A stretch of DNA of 14,040 nucleotides from an uncultured Pseudomonadota bacterium (GCA_913020725.1 CAJWCD010000096.1:1-14040), one strand, 5' to 3'; shown: positions 1 through 7,643, counted from the first letter of the stretch. The notes: a model not told the origin generated them from the letters alone. Numbers and translations: made by a program.

Positions 1-2
1 CA

Positions 3-248
3 GCTTGCCTCTCTTCACCAGACGGTGAGTTGCACTTACGAGTTGAATCCGCGCTATCTTTTGGAGTGGAAGCTACCAGAATCTATGGTGAGTTGCCTAC
101 TCGTCTGGAACGCTCCGGAAAGCCTATTGGTCCGCTGGATCAGATGATTGCGGCCCATGCACTCAGTGAAAACACAGTGCTGGTGACCAACAACATCCGG
201 GAGTTCCAGCGTGTGGAGGGGGTGATGTTGGAGAACTGGGCAACCTGA
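3..248 (+). CDS. vapC: VapC-family PIN-domain toxin, C-terminal part only (5' end outside the window or degenerate)
   Basis: Frame is open from position 3 to TGA at 246-248. The C-terminus ..YGELPTRLERSGKPIGPLDQMIAAHALSENTVLVTNNIREFQRVEGVMLENW matches the VapC pattern IGxxDxxIAAHA..LVTNNxREFxRVxGLxLENW. The N-terminal DTN motif is not in the window. Confidence 0.8.
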   Translation, partial: ACLSSPDGELHLRVESALSFGVEATRIYGELPTRLERSGKPIGPLDQMIAAHALSENTVLVTNNIREFQRVEGVMLENWAT

Positions 249-251
249 GCG

Positions 252-725
252 TCAGAGCGGAAAGATCAGGCAGGTGGTGGTGCCGTGGGCGAGGAGCTTG
301 CCGGAGGCGTCCAGCAGCTTGCCTTCGGCAGTTCCGGTGCGGCGACCAACGTGGATCACGGAGCCTTCCGCCCGTACCGGTCCGGTTTCCGTGGTGATTG
401 GTCGCACGAGGTTCACTTTCAGTTCGAGGGTCGTGTAAGCCATGCCCGCTGCGCACATCGACTGCACTGCGCAGGACATCGCTGAATCGAGCAGCGTGCA
501 GGTGTAGCCCCCGTGAACCGTGCCGATGGGGTTGTAATGCTCCGGACCTGGAATCCCCTCGAACATGACCTTCCCCGCCTCAACTTCGATTGCAGCAAAA
601 CGGAGCGTTTGCGCCATCAGCGCTTGCGGGAGTCGTCCATCTATAATCCGTTGCAAGAACTCCAGCCCGGAAAGTGATTTCAGGAGATCGAGTGGAGCCG
701 TGTGGGAAGGTGTGGTGGAGTCCAT
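252..725 (-). CDS. PaaI-family (hotdog-fold) thioesterase
   Basis: Motifs HYNPIGTVHGG..TLLDSAMSCAV and YTTLELKVNLVRP..G.VIHVGRRTGTAEG are typical of PaaI. Start placed at ATG 725 (MDSTT); the ORF track's TTG at 740 is an alternative. Confidence 0.9.
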   Translation of the reverse strand: MDSTTPSHTAPLDLLKSLSGLEFLQRIIDGRLPQALMAQTLRFAAIEVEAGKVMFEGIPGPEHYNPIGTVHGGYTCTLLDSAMSCAVQSMCAAGMAYTTLELKVNLVRPITTETGPVRAEGSVIHVGRRTGTAEGKLLDASGKLLAHGTTTCLIFPL

Positions 726-749
726 GAGGTTTTCTGGCAAGTTAAGGTT

Positions 750-1499
750 TCAACTCCGGAGTGTTCGTTGTAAAAACCCCTCCGTTTCCTGAAGCACCGT
801 TTCTGCATCCTCATCAAGCAGCAGAACATGTTCAGAGTTTTCCAACCAACGGATTTTGCAGAAGGCAGAACCGACTCCCTGCTGAATCATTTCGCCACAG
901 TTTGCCCGGATGATAGGATCGTGGCGTCCCTGAAAAATGAGGAGCGGATGGTGCAGGCGTGGGAGCCGCTTCCGGACTTCAGTCTGGAGCCGGATGAGTT
1001 GCACCCCGGCTTTGAGGGGATTGACGGGATAGCCCTGCCACGGCATCTCGTCCTTGTCGCTGGCACGCTTGGGAACATGCGGGATAAACGGCGCGGCGAG
1101 GATGAAGCGCAGATGATCCCAGTCCGAAAAAGCCAAACGCAGCGCAGGAGCGTAGCAAATCACCGCCGCCAGTTCCGGATGCTCGCTGGCGAGGTGCAGG
1201 GCCAGCACCGCTCCAGCAGATTCGCCTGCAACCGCAAGGCACCGACACGATTGGGCCAGCGTTGCATAAGCCTGTTCGACCGTCTGAATCCACTGTTGGC
1301 GGGTGGTGAGATTGAGGTCGTCAGGCGTGGCGCCGTGTCCGGGCAACAATGGAGCCACCACGCGATAACCTCGGTCCCGGAGGTGTGCTGCCAGTGGTCG
1401 TACCTCGGCGGTGGTCGCGGTCAAGCCGTGGAGCAGAAGAACACCAAATTCTCCGTCCCCCCAATCGAGGGAACCCCCCTCAAGCTGGGGGTTGATCAA
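750..1499 (-). CDS. Alpha/beta-hydrolase, carboxylesterase/monoacylglycerol-lipase-like (~249 aa)
   Basis: GVLLLHGLT oxyanion region, APLLPGHG, nucleophile elbow GESAG (GxSxG), Asp in GRHDPII, His in NSEHV. Start moved to in-frame TTG at 1499 (LINPQL..), 17 bp after the msrP stop; the ORF-track start at 1610 overlaps msrP. Confidence 0.85.
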   Translation of the reverse strand: MINPQLEGGSLDWGDGEFGVLLLHGLTATTAEVRPLAAHLRDRGYRVVAPLLPGHGATPDDLNLTTRQQWIQTVEQAYATLAQSCRCLAVAGESAGAVLALHLASEHPELAAVICYAPALRLAFSDWDHLRFILAAPFIPHVPKRASDKDEMPWQGYPVNPLKAGVQLIRLQTEVRKRLPRLHHPLLIFQGRHDPIIRANCGEMIQQGVGSAFCKIRWLENSEHVLLLDEDAETVLQETEGFLQRTLRS

Positions 1500-1516
1500 C
1501 GGCCATTCCAGGGTTT

Positions 1517-2464
1517 TCAAAACAAACGCTGGCCCACGGGCATCCTTTTGTAGAGTCCGGCGACCTCTTCCGCGTAACCGTTGAAGGGCTGCGTGGGTTC
1601 CTTCTCCCAAAAGCGTCCGCCCAAAACACGGTGCTTGGCCTGTGACCAGCGCGGGTGATCCACGAGCGGATCAACATTGCTGTAAAACGGATACTCACGA
1701 GGAGCCTGCGCCTCCCATGTGGTGCTTGGCTGCTCCCGAGTCAATTCGATACGCACAAGGCTTTTTCCGGATTTGAGTCCGTATTTCCACGGCACCACAA
1801 TCCGCATGGGACCACCGTTCTGTTTTTGCAAGGGGTGTCCGTAAGCCCCCACGGTCAGCAGGGTGAGGTCGTGCAGGGCTTCGTCAATCCGCAGCCCTTC
1901 CTCGTAAGGCCCGAAGCGTCGCCAATTTGGCATGTCCTTGCCGTGGTAGGTGACGAAGCGCACAAACTTCGCAGCACTGGTCGGCTCCACCAACTTGAGC
2001 AAACGATGCAACGGCCAGCCGTTCCAGACAAAGCGTCCAAACCACGCCTCCACGCAGCGGAAGTTGTAAAGCCGTTCCTCCGGTTTTCCAAGCCGCTTCA
2101 TCAGATCGCTCAGGTCGAGCGTCAGCGGCTTGGTGACCTCGCCGTCAATCTGGATCATCCACGGGTCCGCCGGGGTCCACGAGCGCACCTTGTGCTGCAC
2201 TTCCTCCTTGTCGAAGGAGAACTCGTAGTAGTTGTTGTGGCCCGTGAAGAGTTCGTAGGGCGTGGCGTCCGGATAGGTTTCCGGAGAAACCTTGGGCAAA
2301 TCCTCCAAGGCTTTGGAGCCGCCCGTCAGCCAGTTCAGTGGGCCGGCTTGTGTTGAGGTGGCCAAAAGGGTACTTAGCCCGGCGAAGCCCAAGGCTCGCA
2401 CCACCTCGCGGCGCTTCCAGAACAACGCTTCCGGAGTCGCGTCAGAGTCTTTCCAACGTTTCAT
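1517..2464 (-). CDS. msrP: Periplasmic protein-methionine-sulfoxide reductase, molybdopterin catalytic subunit (MsrP/YedY)
   Basis: Tat-type leader (ATPEALFWKRREVVRALG..TQA), NNYYEF, Mo-ligand motif FRCVEAW, QNGGPMRIVVPWKYG, EYPFYSNVDP.VDHPRWSQA, T.PFNGY. Shine-Dalgarno AAGGA upstream of the ATG. Confidence 0.93.
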   Translation of the reverse strand: MKRWKDSDATPEALFWKRREVVRALGFAGLSTLLATSTQAGPLNWLTGGSKALEDLPKVSPETYPDATPYELFTGHNNYYEFSFDKEEVQHKVRSWTPADPWMIQIDGEVTKPLTLDLSDLMKRLGKPEERLYNFRCVEAWFGRFVWNGWPLHRLLKLVEPTSAAKFVRFVTYHGKDMPNWRRFGPYEEGLRIDEALHDLTLLTVGAYGHPLQKQNGGPMRIVVPWKYGLKSGKSLVRIELTREQPSTTWEAQAPREYPFYSNVDPLVDHPRWSQAKHRVLGGRFWEKEPTQPFNGYAEEVAGLYKRMPVGQRLF

Positions 2465-2542
2465 AAGCTTCCTTTCATGATTGGGATTTAAGATGAAGTC
2501 GGGCCATTCCCAGAAACCTTACAAAACAAGAACCCATCAAGT

Positions 2543-3748
2543 TCACGCTTTGATGATATTGTGTTCCGGACCAAAGGAGAAGCCCGTAATGTTCTCGGCT
2601 CCGTCTGCGGTGACAACAAGGATGTCATGCTCACGGTAGCCGCCTGCGCCGGGCAGACCTTCTGGTAGCATGAGCATCGGTTCCATCGAAACCACCATGT
2701 TTGGTTCCAGCACCGTTTCGATGTCCTCGCGCAGTTCCAGCCCGGCTTCGCGTCCGTAGTAGTGCGAGAGCGAACCGAAGGAATGTCCATAGCCAAAGGT
2801 GCGGTATTGCAGCAGGCCATGCTCCTTGAAGATCTCGTTGAGTTCCAAGGCAATGTCACAGCAACGCGCTCCGGGACGGATCAACTCCAACCCTCGGCGA
2901 TGCACCTGACAGTTCACCTCCCAGAGCCGCAGATGTTCGTCGGATGCATGGTCGAGGAAGAGGGTACGTTCTAAGGCGGTGTAGTAGCCCGCGATCATCG
3001 GGAAGCAGTTGAGACTGAGGATGTCGCCCTTCTGCACTGAGCGCGTGGTGAGTGGGTTGTGCGCCCCGTCGGTGTTGAGCCCGGACTGGAACCATGTCCA
3101 CGTGTCCATCAGGTCGCTGTCGGGGTAACGCTTGGCGATTTCCTGAACCATCGTATGAGTGGAGTGTCGGGCGATCACAAATTCGGGCACACCTGCGCCC
3201 AGTGCTGCGACACACGCCGCCCCGCCGATGTCTGCGACTTGCGCACCATTCCGGATCAGTTCGATCTCTTCGGGAGTCTTGAGTAAACGTTGCTTCATGC
3301 TTGGCAAGCCAATGTCCACGATTTCCTTGTCCGGAAGCGCGGCTTGCAGCTTTTGGTGCATTGCTAGGTTCATGTGGTCAAATTCTACACCAATGCAACC
3401 TTTCACAGCAACGAGTTCCTGCACTCCGACAAAGAAGTTATCGCGGGTCCAGTCCGTGAAGGTCAGCGCCTCGCCGTAGCCGCGACGCCACGGTTGCCCG
3501 CCGTCAATGTTAGCAACAATCGAGGTCACATCGTCCTGCGTCACCACCAGCCCATACGGACGGCCAAAGGCACAATAGACAAAGTGGTTGTAGTAGTTGA
3601 TGTTGTGGAAGGACGTGAAGAGGACAGCGTCCATGCAGGATGCGACCATCAACTTGCGCAGCTTGGCAAGTCGGCCTGCCATCTCGGCCTTGGAGAAGAT
3701 GGCGGGGGTTTTCTCGCCGTTGTGAATGGTGAGGGTTTTGGACACCAT
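2543..3748 (-). CDS. Creatinase (creatine amidinohydrolase, metal-independent M24 fold; creatine to sarcosine + urea)
   Basis: Resembles Pseudomonas putida creatinase as recalled: KTL.I.NGEK, FTSFHNINYY, CAFGRPY, ANIDGGQPWRR, DTWTWFQSGLNTDGAHNP (catalytic His), GYYTALERTLFL, YRTFGYGHSFG.LSHYYGREAGLELRED, SMEPM, GAGGYREHDIL. Shine-Dalgarno AAGGAG upstream. Confidence 0.95.
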   Translation of the reverse strand: MVSKTLTIHNGEKTPAIFSKAEMAGRLAKLRKLMVASCMDAVLFTSFHNINYYNHFVYCAFGRPYGLVVTQDDVTSIVANIDGGQPWRRGYGEALTFTDWTRDNFFVGVQELVAVKGCIGVEFDHMNLAMHQKLQAALPDKEIVDIGLPSMKQRLLKTPEEIELIRNGAQVADIGGAACVAALGAGVPEFVIARHSTHTMVQEIAKRYPDSDLMDTWTWFQSGLNTDGAHNPLTTRSVQKGDILSLNCFPMIAGYYTALERTLFLDHASDEHLRLWEVNCQVHRRGLELIRPGARCCDIALELNEIFKEHGLLQYRTFGYGHSFGSLSHYYGREAGLELREDIETVLEPNMVVSMEPMLMLPEGLPGAGGYREHDILVVTADGAENITGFSFGPEHNIIKA

Positions 3749-3846
3749 AGGAACACTCCTTTGTTTAGGGTTTGTGTTTTAACTTGGCTTTGCCCTGCTG
3801 GATTCGTAGCATGGCAACTTTTGATTCAACCTCCTTTCAGGATCGC

Positions 3847-4176
3847 ATGGAAATCCTCAATACTCTGCTGATTGGCATGGGCAGCGGCCTCGTGCTTGGC
3901 GTGCTGGGCATGATTCTCTTCACGGCGGACAAGGCGGATGAATATCCATTTCTAGGACTCCTTCCTGCCGGACTGGTGGTGATGGACTTGGGGGTCGGTA
4001 CGCAGGTTGTGGCCGCAGGCTTGCTGCTGATGAGTGGGTTGTTCGGGTACTACCTGATGATCTTCATCTGGCGAGGCCGTCCCAAGTTGTTCGCACTTGC
4101 TCAGGGCCACGAAGAGTCTGCTCCGGCAACCCGCGCTGAAACCATCACAGGCAAGACGCTCGCCGACTTCCTCTGA
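3847..4176 (+). CDS. Small hypothetical membrane protein (~109 aa, about 3 hydrophobic segments)
   Basis: Hydrophobic stretches ILNTLLIGMGSGLVLGVLGMILF, PFLGLLPAGLVVMDLGV and VVAAGLLLMSGLFGYYLMIFIW, then a polar tail. Fills the gap divergent from creatinase and is followed by a hairpin. Start could also be ATG 3811. Confidence 0.65.
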   Translation: MEILNTLLIGMGSGLVLGVLGMILFTADKADEYPFLGLLPAGLVVMDLGVGTQVVAAGLLLMSGLFGYYLMIFIWRGRPKLFALAQGHEESAPATRAETITGKTLADFL

Positions 4177-4208
4177 GGGAATCACCTTGTTGTCAAGGAC
4201 GATCCCTC
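4175..4208 (+). terminator. Stem-loop after the membrane-protein gene (possible terminator or processing hairpin)
   Basis: GAGGGA..CCTTG-TTGT-CAAGG..TCCCTC imperfect inverted repeat overlapping the stop codon; the downstream tract (CTCTTC) is only weakly U-rich. Confidence 0.4.
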
Positions 4209-4271
4209 CTCTTCACACTTGAGCAGATCCTGCCCGTTTAGTCACGAGCATTGAACGGAATTCTTGAAATA

Positions 4272-4294
4272 CACATTTCGGGTTCCACATTTCG
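4272..4294. repeat. 9-bp direct repeat CACATTTCG x2 (4272-4280, 4286-4294)
   Basis: Read directly: a-CACATTTCG-ggttc-CACATTTCG-ctag, 50 bp upstream of the M24 peptidase start. Confidence 0.7.
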
Positions 4295-4344
4295 CTAGAA
4301 AGCGTCAACGTCCGTTGTCTTAAAACTCCGAACACCTCTGCTCT

Positions 4345-5520
4345 ATGGCTAATGTTCCTAAACGTGGTTTTCCTGTTTGCGAATTCGACGCTCGTCTGAA
4401 ACGAACGCAACAGCTCATGGCGACCAAAAGTTTAGCTGGTATTTTGCTGATGAGCGAAGCGGAAGTGCGCTATCTCAGTGGTTTTCATACGCAGTTTTGG
4501 CAAAGCCCAACCCGTCCGTGGTTTCTTTTTGTGCCGGCTGACAAAAAACCGATTGCCGTCATTCCGGAGATTGGCGCCGCGCTTATGAGTCAAACTTGGA
4601 TTGAGGATATTCGTACTTGGAACGCACCTTCGCCAAAAGATGACGGCATCAGCCTGTTGCTTGATCTGCTTGCGCCATTGTCGAAACAGGGCGCACGCTT
4701 GGGTCTTATGAAAGGACACGAAACCAGCTTGCGCATGCCGCTTGGAGATTACGAACGCTTGATGTCCGGATCATCGGGACTGGAGTTGGTTGATGCGACA
4801 GACATCCTGCGAAGTTTGCGCATGGTGAAATCTGCTGACGAGATTGAAAAAATCGCCCATATTTGTGCCATCGCCTCGCAGACTTTTGATCGTGCGAATG
4901 ATATTTTTTACAAGGGTCAACCGCTTGCAGAAGCCTTCCGTGTTTTTCGCATGGAATGCCTAGCACAAGGCGCTGATGATGTTCCTTATTTGGCTGGAGG
5001 TGCAGATCAAGGCGGCTATCGCGATATTATCTCACCTCCTTCGCAGCGACCGTTACAGTCCGGAGATGTTTTGATGTTGGACACCGGTGCCACTTTTGAC
5101 GGTTATTTTTGTGATTTTGATCGTAATTTTGCGATTGATGAGGTCAATGATCTGTCACACCGTGCCTATGATATTTTGTGGCGCGCAACAGAAGCAGGGC
5201 TTGCCGCCGCACGTCCGGGCATTACCTGCCGTGAATTATTTCAGGCCATGCAAAATGTTATTTCAGAAATAGACGATCAAGGCGGTGAGGTTGGCCGATA
5301 TGGTCATGGTCTGGGGATGCAACTGACAGAATGGCCTTCGCACGCAGCCTTTGACGAGACCGTATTAGCAGAAAACATGGTCATTACGCTGGAGCCTTCA
5401 CTGAACTATGGGAATGGGCAAATCATGGTGCATGAAGAAAACCTCGTTGTGCAAAATGGTGCTCCACGACTCTTATCCGTGCGTGCTGCTCCAGAACTTC
5501 CAGTGATCGGTGGAAGCTGA
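4345..5520 (+). CDS. M24-family (Xaa-Pro peptidase/ectoine-hydrolase-like) metallo-hydrolase with creatinase-type N-terminal domain
   Basis: N-terminal EFDARLKRTQQLM..EVRYLSGF, linker LRMVKSADEI, and all five pita-bread metal ligands: D and D in LDTGATFDGYFCDFDR, H in GHGLG, E in TLEP, E in HEENL. No clear Shine-Dalgarno. Confidence 0.9.
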   Translation: MANVPKRGFPVCEFDARLKRTQQLMATKSLAGILLMSEAEVRYLSGFHTQFWQSPTRPWFLFVPADKKPIAVIPEIGAALMSQTWIEDIRTWNAPSPKDDGISLLLDLLAPLSKQGARLGLMKGHETSLRMPLGDYERLMSGSSGLELVDATDILRSLRMVKSADEIEKIAHICAIASQTFDRANDIFYKGQPLAEAFRVFRMECLAQGADDVPYLAGGADQGGYRDIISPPSQRPLQSGDVLMLDTGATFDGYFCDFDRNFAIDEVNDLSHRAYDILWRATEAGLAAARPGITCRELFQAMQNVISEIDDQGGEVGRYGHGLGMQLTEWPSHAAFDETVLAENMVITLEPSLNYGNGQIMVHEENLVVQNGAPRLLSVRAAPELPVIGGS

Positions 5521-5551
5521 AATCAAATTGAGTTGTTAAGGCATATCAGCA

Positions 5552-6385
5552 ATGTCAAAAATTTTAACAGACCAACAGATTCAGCAATATCATGATGATG
5601 GGTTTATTGCACCGCTACGGGTAATGCCAGAAGATGAAGCCTTCTCGATAAAAACTCAGCTTGAAGAAGCAGAAAGAGCGTTTTCTGATGAGTTTAATGC
5701 AGAAAATCGCAATAATTTACATCTCATTTTTTCGTTTCTGGATGAATTGGCTCACAACACGGTGATCGTGGATGCCGTAGAAGATTTGATTGGCCCAGAC
5801 ATCGCTTTGTGGGGTTCCGTTATGTTTACCAAAGAATCCTCATCCGATCATTATGTGAGCTGGCATCAGGATGCAACCTACATGGGAATGAATAGCAACG
5901 ACTTCCTAACGCCTTGGATTGCGTTAACACCAAGCAACATAGAAACGGGATGTATGGCGATGATACCCGGCAGTCACAAGCAAAATATCCACAGGCATGA
6001 AGACACTTTTTCTGAAAATAACATCTTAACACGAGGTCAGGTTGTCAAAGATGTTGATGAGTCAAAGGCGGTCAATTTGATTCTGAAACCTGGAGAAATT
6101 TCTATTCACCATGGCGCTGTCATTCATGGATCAAAGCCAAATAAAAGTAAGCAAAGAAGAATAGGCTTTGCTCTACAGGCCTATATGCCACCCAGTGTAA
6201 AACAGCTTATTGGCAAGAATATCTGGATGCATGTGCGTGGCAAACAAAGACAAGATCTTGATAGAGTAGCTTTGAAGCGTCCACAATACGATATGGATTC
6301 GAGTTCAGTATTGCAACGAAAACTAGTTAACGAAAACTACTCAAATATTCTCTATAAAGGATCTAAAACTAAACGTAAATATTAG
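5552..6385 (+). CDS. PhyH-family Fe(II)/2-oxoglutarate-dependent dioxygenase
   Basis: LTDQQIQQYHDDGF start, FTKE, facial triad WHQD..HGS, WIALT..ETGCMAMIPGSH, LKPGE, 2OG-binding Arg in RRIG. Confidence 0.92.
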   Translation: MSKILTDQQIQQYHDDGFIAPLRVMPEDEAFSIKTQLEEAERAFSDEFNAENRNNLHLIFSFLDELAHNTVIVDAVEDLIGPDIALWGSVMFTKESSSDHYVSWHQDATYMGMNSNDFLTPWIALTPSNIETGCMAMIPGSHKQNIHRHEDTFSENNILTRGQVVKDVDESKAVNLILKPGEISIHHGAVIHGSKPNKSKQRRIGFALQAYMPPSVKQLIGKNIWMHVRGKQRQDLDRVALKRPQYDMDSSSVLQRKLVNENYSNILYKGSKTKRKY

Positions 6386-6414
6386 ATTTTCTTGTTTCTG
6401 TTGAATCATAAAGA

Positions 6415-6441
6415 TTGGCAGAAAAAGATGAGAACTACAAT
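6415..6441 (+). promoter_or_regulatory. Possible sigma70-type promoter for the amidinotransferase
   Basis: TTGGCA (6415-6420), 15-nt spacer, TACAAT (6436-6441). The spacer is short and the region is AT-rich, so a chance match is possible. Confidence 0.3.
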
Positions 6442-6503
6442 AAATACGACGCCTGAAATAACCAGAATTTTTTCTTCAAACCAAACTAATGGAGAGTTGT
6501 AAA

Positions 6504-7643
6504 ATGCCGGAGCAAGCTGCCACTGTTGTCTATTCGTGGGACGATTTTTCCCCACTCAAGCACGTCATCGTTGGTCGTGCCGACCACACCTGCATCCCGC
6601 CCAGCGAACCCGCCACCGAAGCCAAGGTTCCGGAGGACAGCGACATGCGCGGCATGTGGGGACCGCGCCCGTTGGAAACCATCGAGAAAGCGAACGGACA
6701 GCTTGAGCACTTGGTGAGCATTCTCGAAAAGCGCGGGATTCGCGTGGACCGTCCCAACCCCATTCAGTGGAATCAAGCGACACTCACTCCGGATTTCACC
6801 ACGGGTTCGATGTTTGGATGCATGCCGCCGCGTGATGTTTTGCTCACGGTTGGCCACGAAATCCTCAGCACTCCGATGTCCTTCCGCTGCCGCTATTGGG
6901 AGTACCTCGCGTATCACTCGCTGATGCAGCGCTATTTTGACGAGGATCCCAATTTCCGTTGGGAGCAGGCTCCGCGTCCCCGGCTCACCGATGCCTCCTA
7001 CCAGCAGGGGTACTTTGATGAGATCACCATTGAGGAGCGTCTGCGCCGTACCGCAGAACTGGATTTTGTCACGACCGAGCACGAACCACTCTTCGATGCA
7101 GCGGACATTTTACGCATCGGCAAAGACCTGTTTTGTCAGCATGGACTCACCACCAATCGGCGCGGCATGGAATGGCTCCAGCGCCACTATCCGGATCATC
7201 GCGTCCATGCCGTCAATTTCCCGGGTGATCCCTACCCCATCCACATCGACGCGACCTTTGTCCCGCTCCGCCCTGGACTGATCATCAACAACCCGAAGCG
7301 TCGGCTTCCGGAAGAGCAGCGCAAGATTTTCGCTGCGAACGGCTGGGAGATCGTTGATGCTGCACCTCCCGCCCACACTGAGCCGCCGCCGTTGTGCTAC
7401 TCCAGCGTCTGGCTTTCCATGAACTGCCTCGTGCTCGACCCCAAGACGGTGTGTGTTGAGGCAAGCGAGGTCCATCAAATGGAGCAAATGGATCAATTGG
7501 GCATGGAGGTGATTCCGGTTCCGTTCCGGGATGCGTATCCCTTCGGGGGTGGACTGCACTGCGCCACGGGTGACGTGTACCGCGAGGGAGGCTGCGAGGA
7601 CTACTTTCCTAAACAGATTCCGGGCACTCAGATTCGTTCGTAG
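6504..7643 (+). CDS. Amidinotransferase similar to L-arginine:glycine amidinotransferase (AGAT)
   Basis: SWDDFSPLKHVIVGRA, TPDF, MPPRD, FVTTEHEPLFDAAD (catalytic Asp), HIDATF (His), SSVWLSMN.LVLD, GGGLHCAT.DV.R.G (nucleophilic Cys); collinear with vertebrate AGAT as recalled. Start at ATG 6504 because GGAGAG (6491-6496) lies 7 nt upstream. Confidence 0.93.
   Translation: MPEQAATVVYSWDDFSPLKHVIVGRADHTCIPPSEPATEAKVPEDSDMRGMWGPRPLETIEKANGQLEHLVSILEKRGIRVDRPNPIQWNQATLTPDFTTGSMFGCMPPRDVLLTVGHEILSTPMSFRCRYWEYLAYHSLMQRYFDEDPNFRWEQAPRPRLTDASYQQGYFDEITIEERLRRTAELDFVTTEHEPLFDAADILRIGKDLFCQHGLTTNRRGMEWLQRHYPDHRVHAVNFPGDPYPIHIDATFVPLRPGLIINNPKRRLPEEQRKIFAANGWEIVDAAPPAHTEPPPLCYSSVWLSMNCLVLDPKTVCVEASEVHQMEQMDQLGMEVIPVPFRDAYPFGGGLHCATGDVYREGGCEDYFPKQIPGTQIRS

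Noticed and set aside
828..2356. Long plus-strand ORFs 828-1553 (241 aa) and 1655-2356 (233 aa)
   Set aside because: Antisense shadows of the esterase and msrP genes; no recognisable motifs, and such shadows are common in GC-rich coding DNA.
3749..3846. Guanidine riboswitch or sigma54 promoter in the creatinase intergenic region
   Set aside because: No ykkC-type or paired ACGR-hairpin pattern recognised by eye; TGGC..TGC at 3785-3798 has 9 rather than 10 nt between GG and GC. An Infernal/Rfam scan would settle the riboswitch question.
5552..6385. Non-heme iron halogenase interpretation of the PhyH protein
   Set aside because: The triad is HQD; halogenases replace the Asp with Ala or Gly.
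5552..7643. Toxin or antibiotic biosynthetic cluster (amidinotransferase + dioxygenase, as in cylindrospermopsin or saxitoxin loci)
   Set aside because: No NRPS/PKS, ATP-grasp ligase, carrier protein or exporter in the window; neighbours are catabolic enzymes and an importer. Not fully excluded.
2543..7643. Creatine biosynthesis pathway
   Set aside because: No guanidinoacetate methyltransferase or phosphagen kinase in the window, and creatinase would oppose synthesis; such genes could lie elsewhere.
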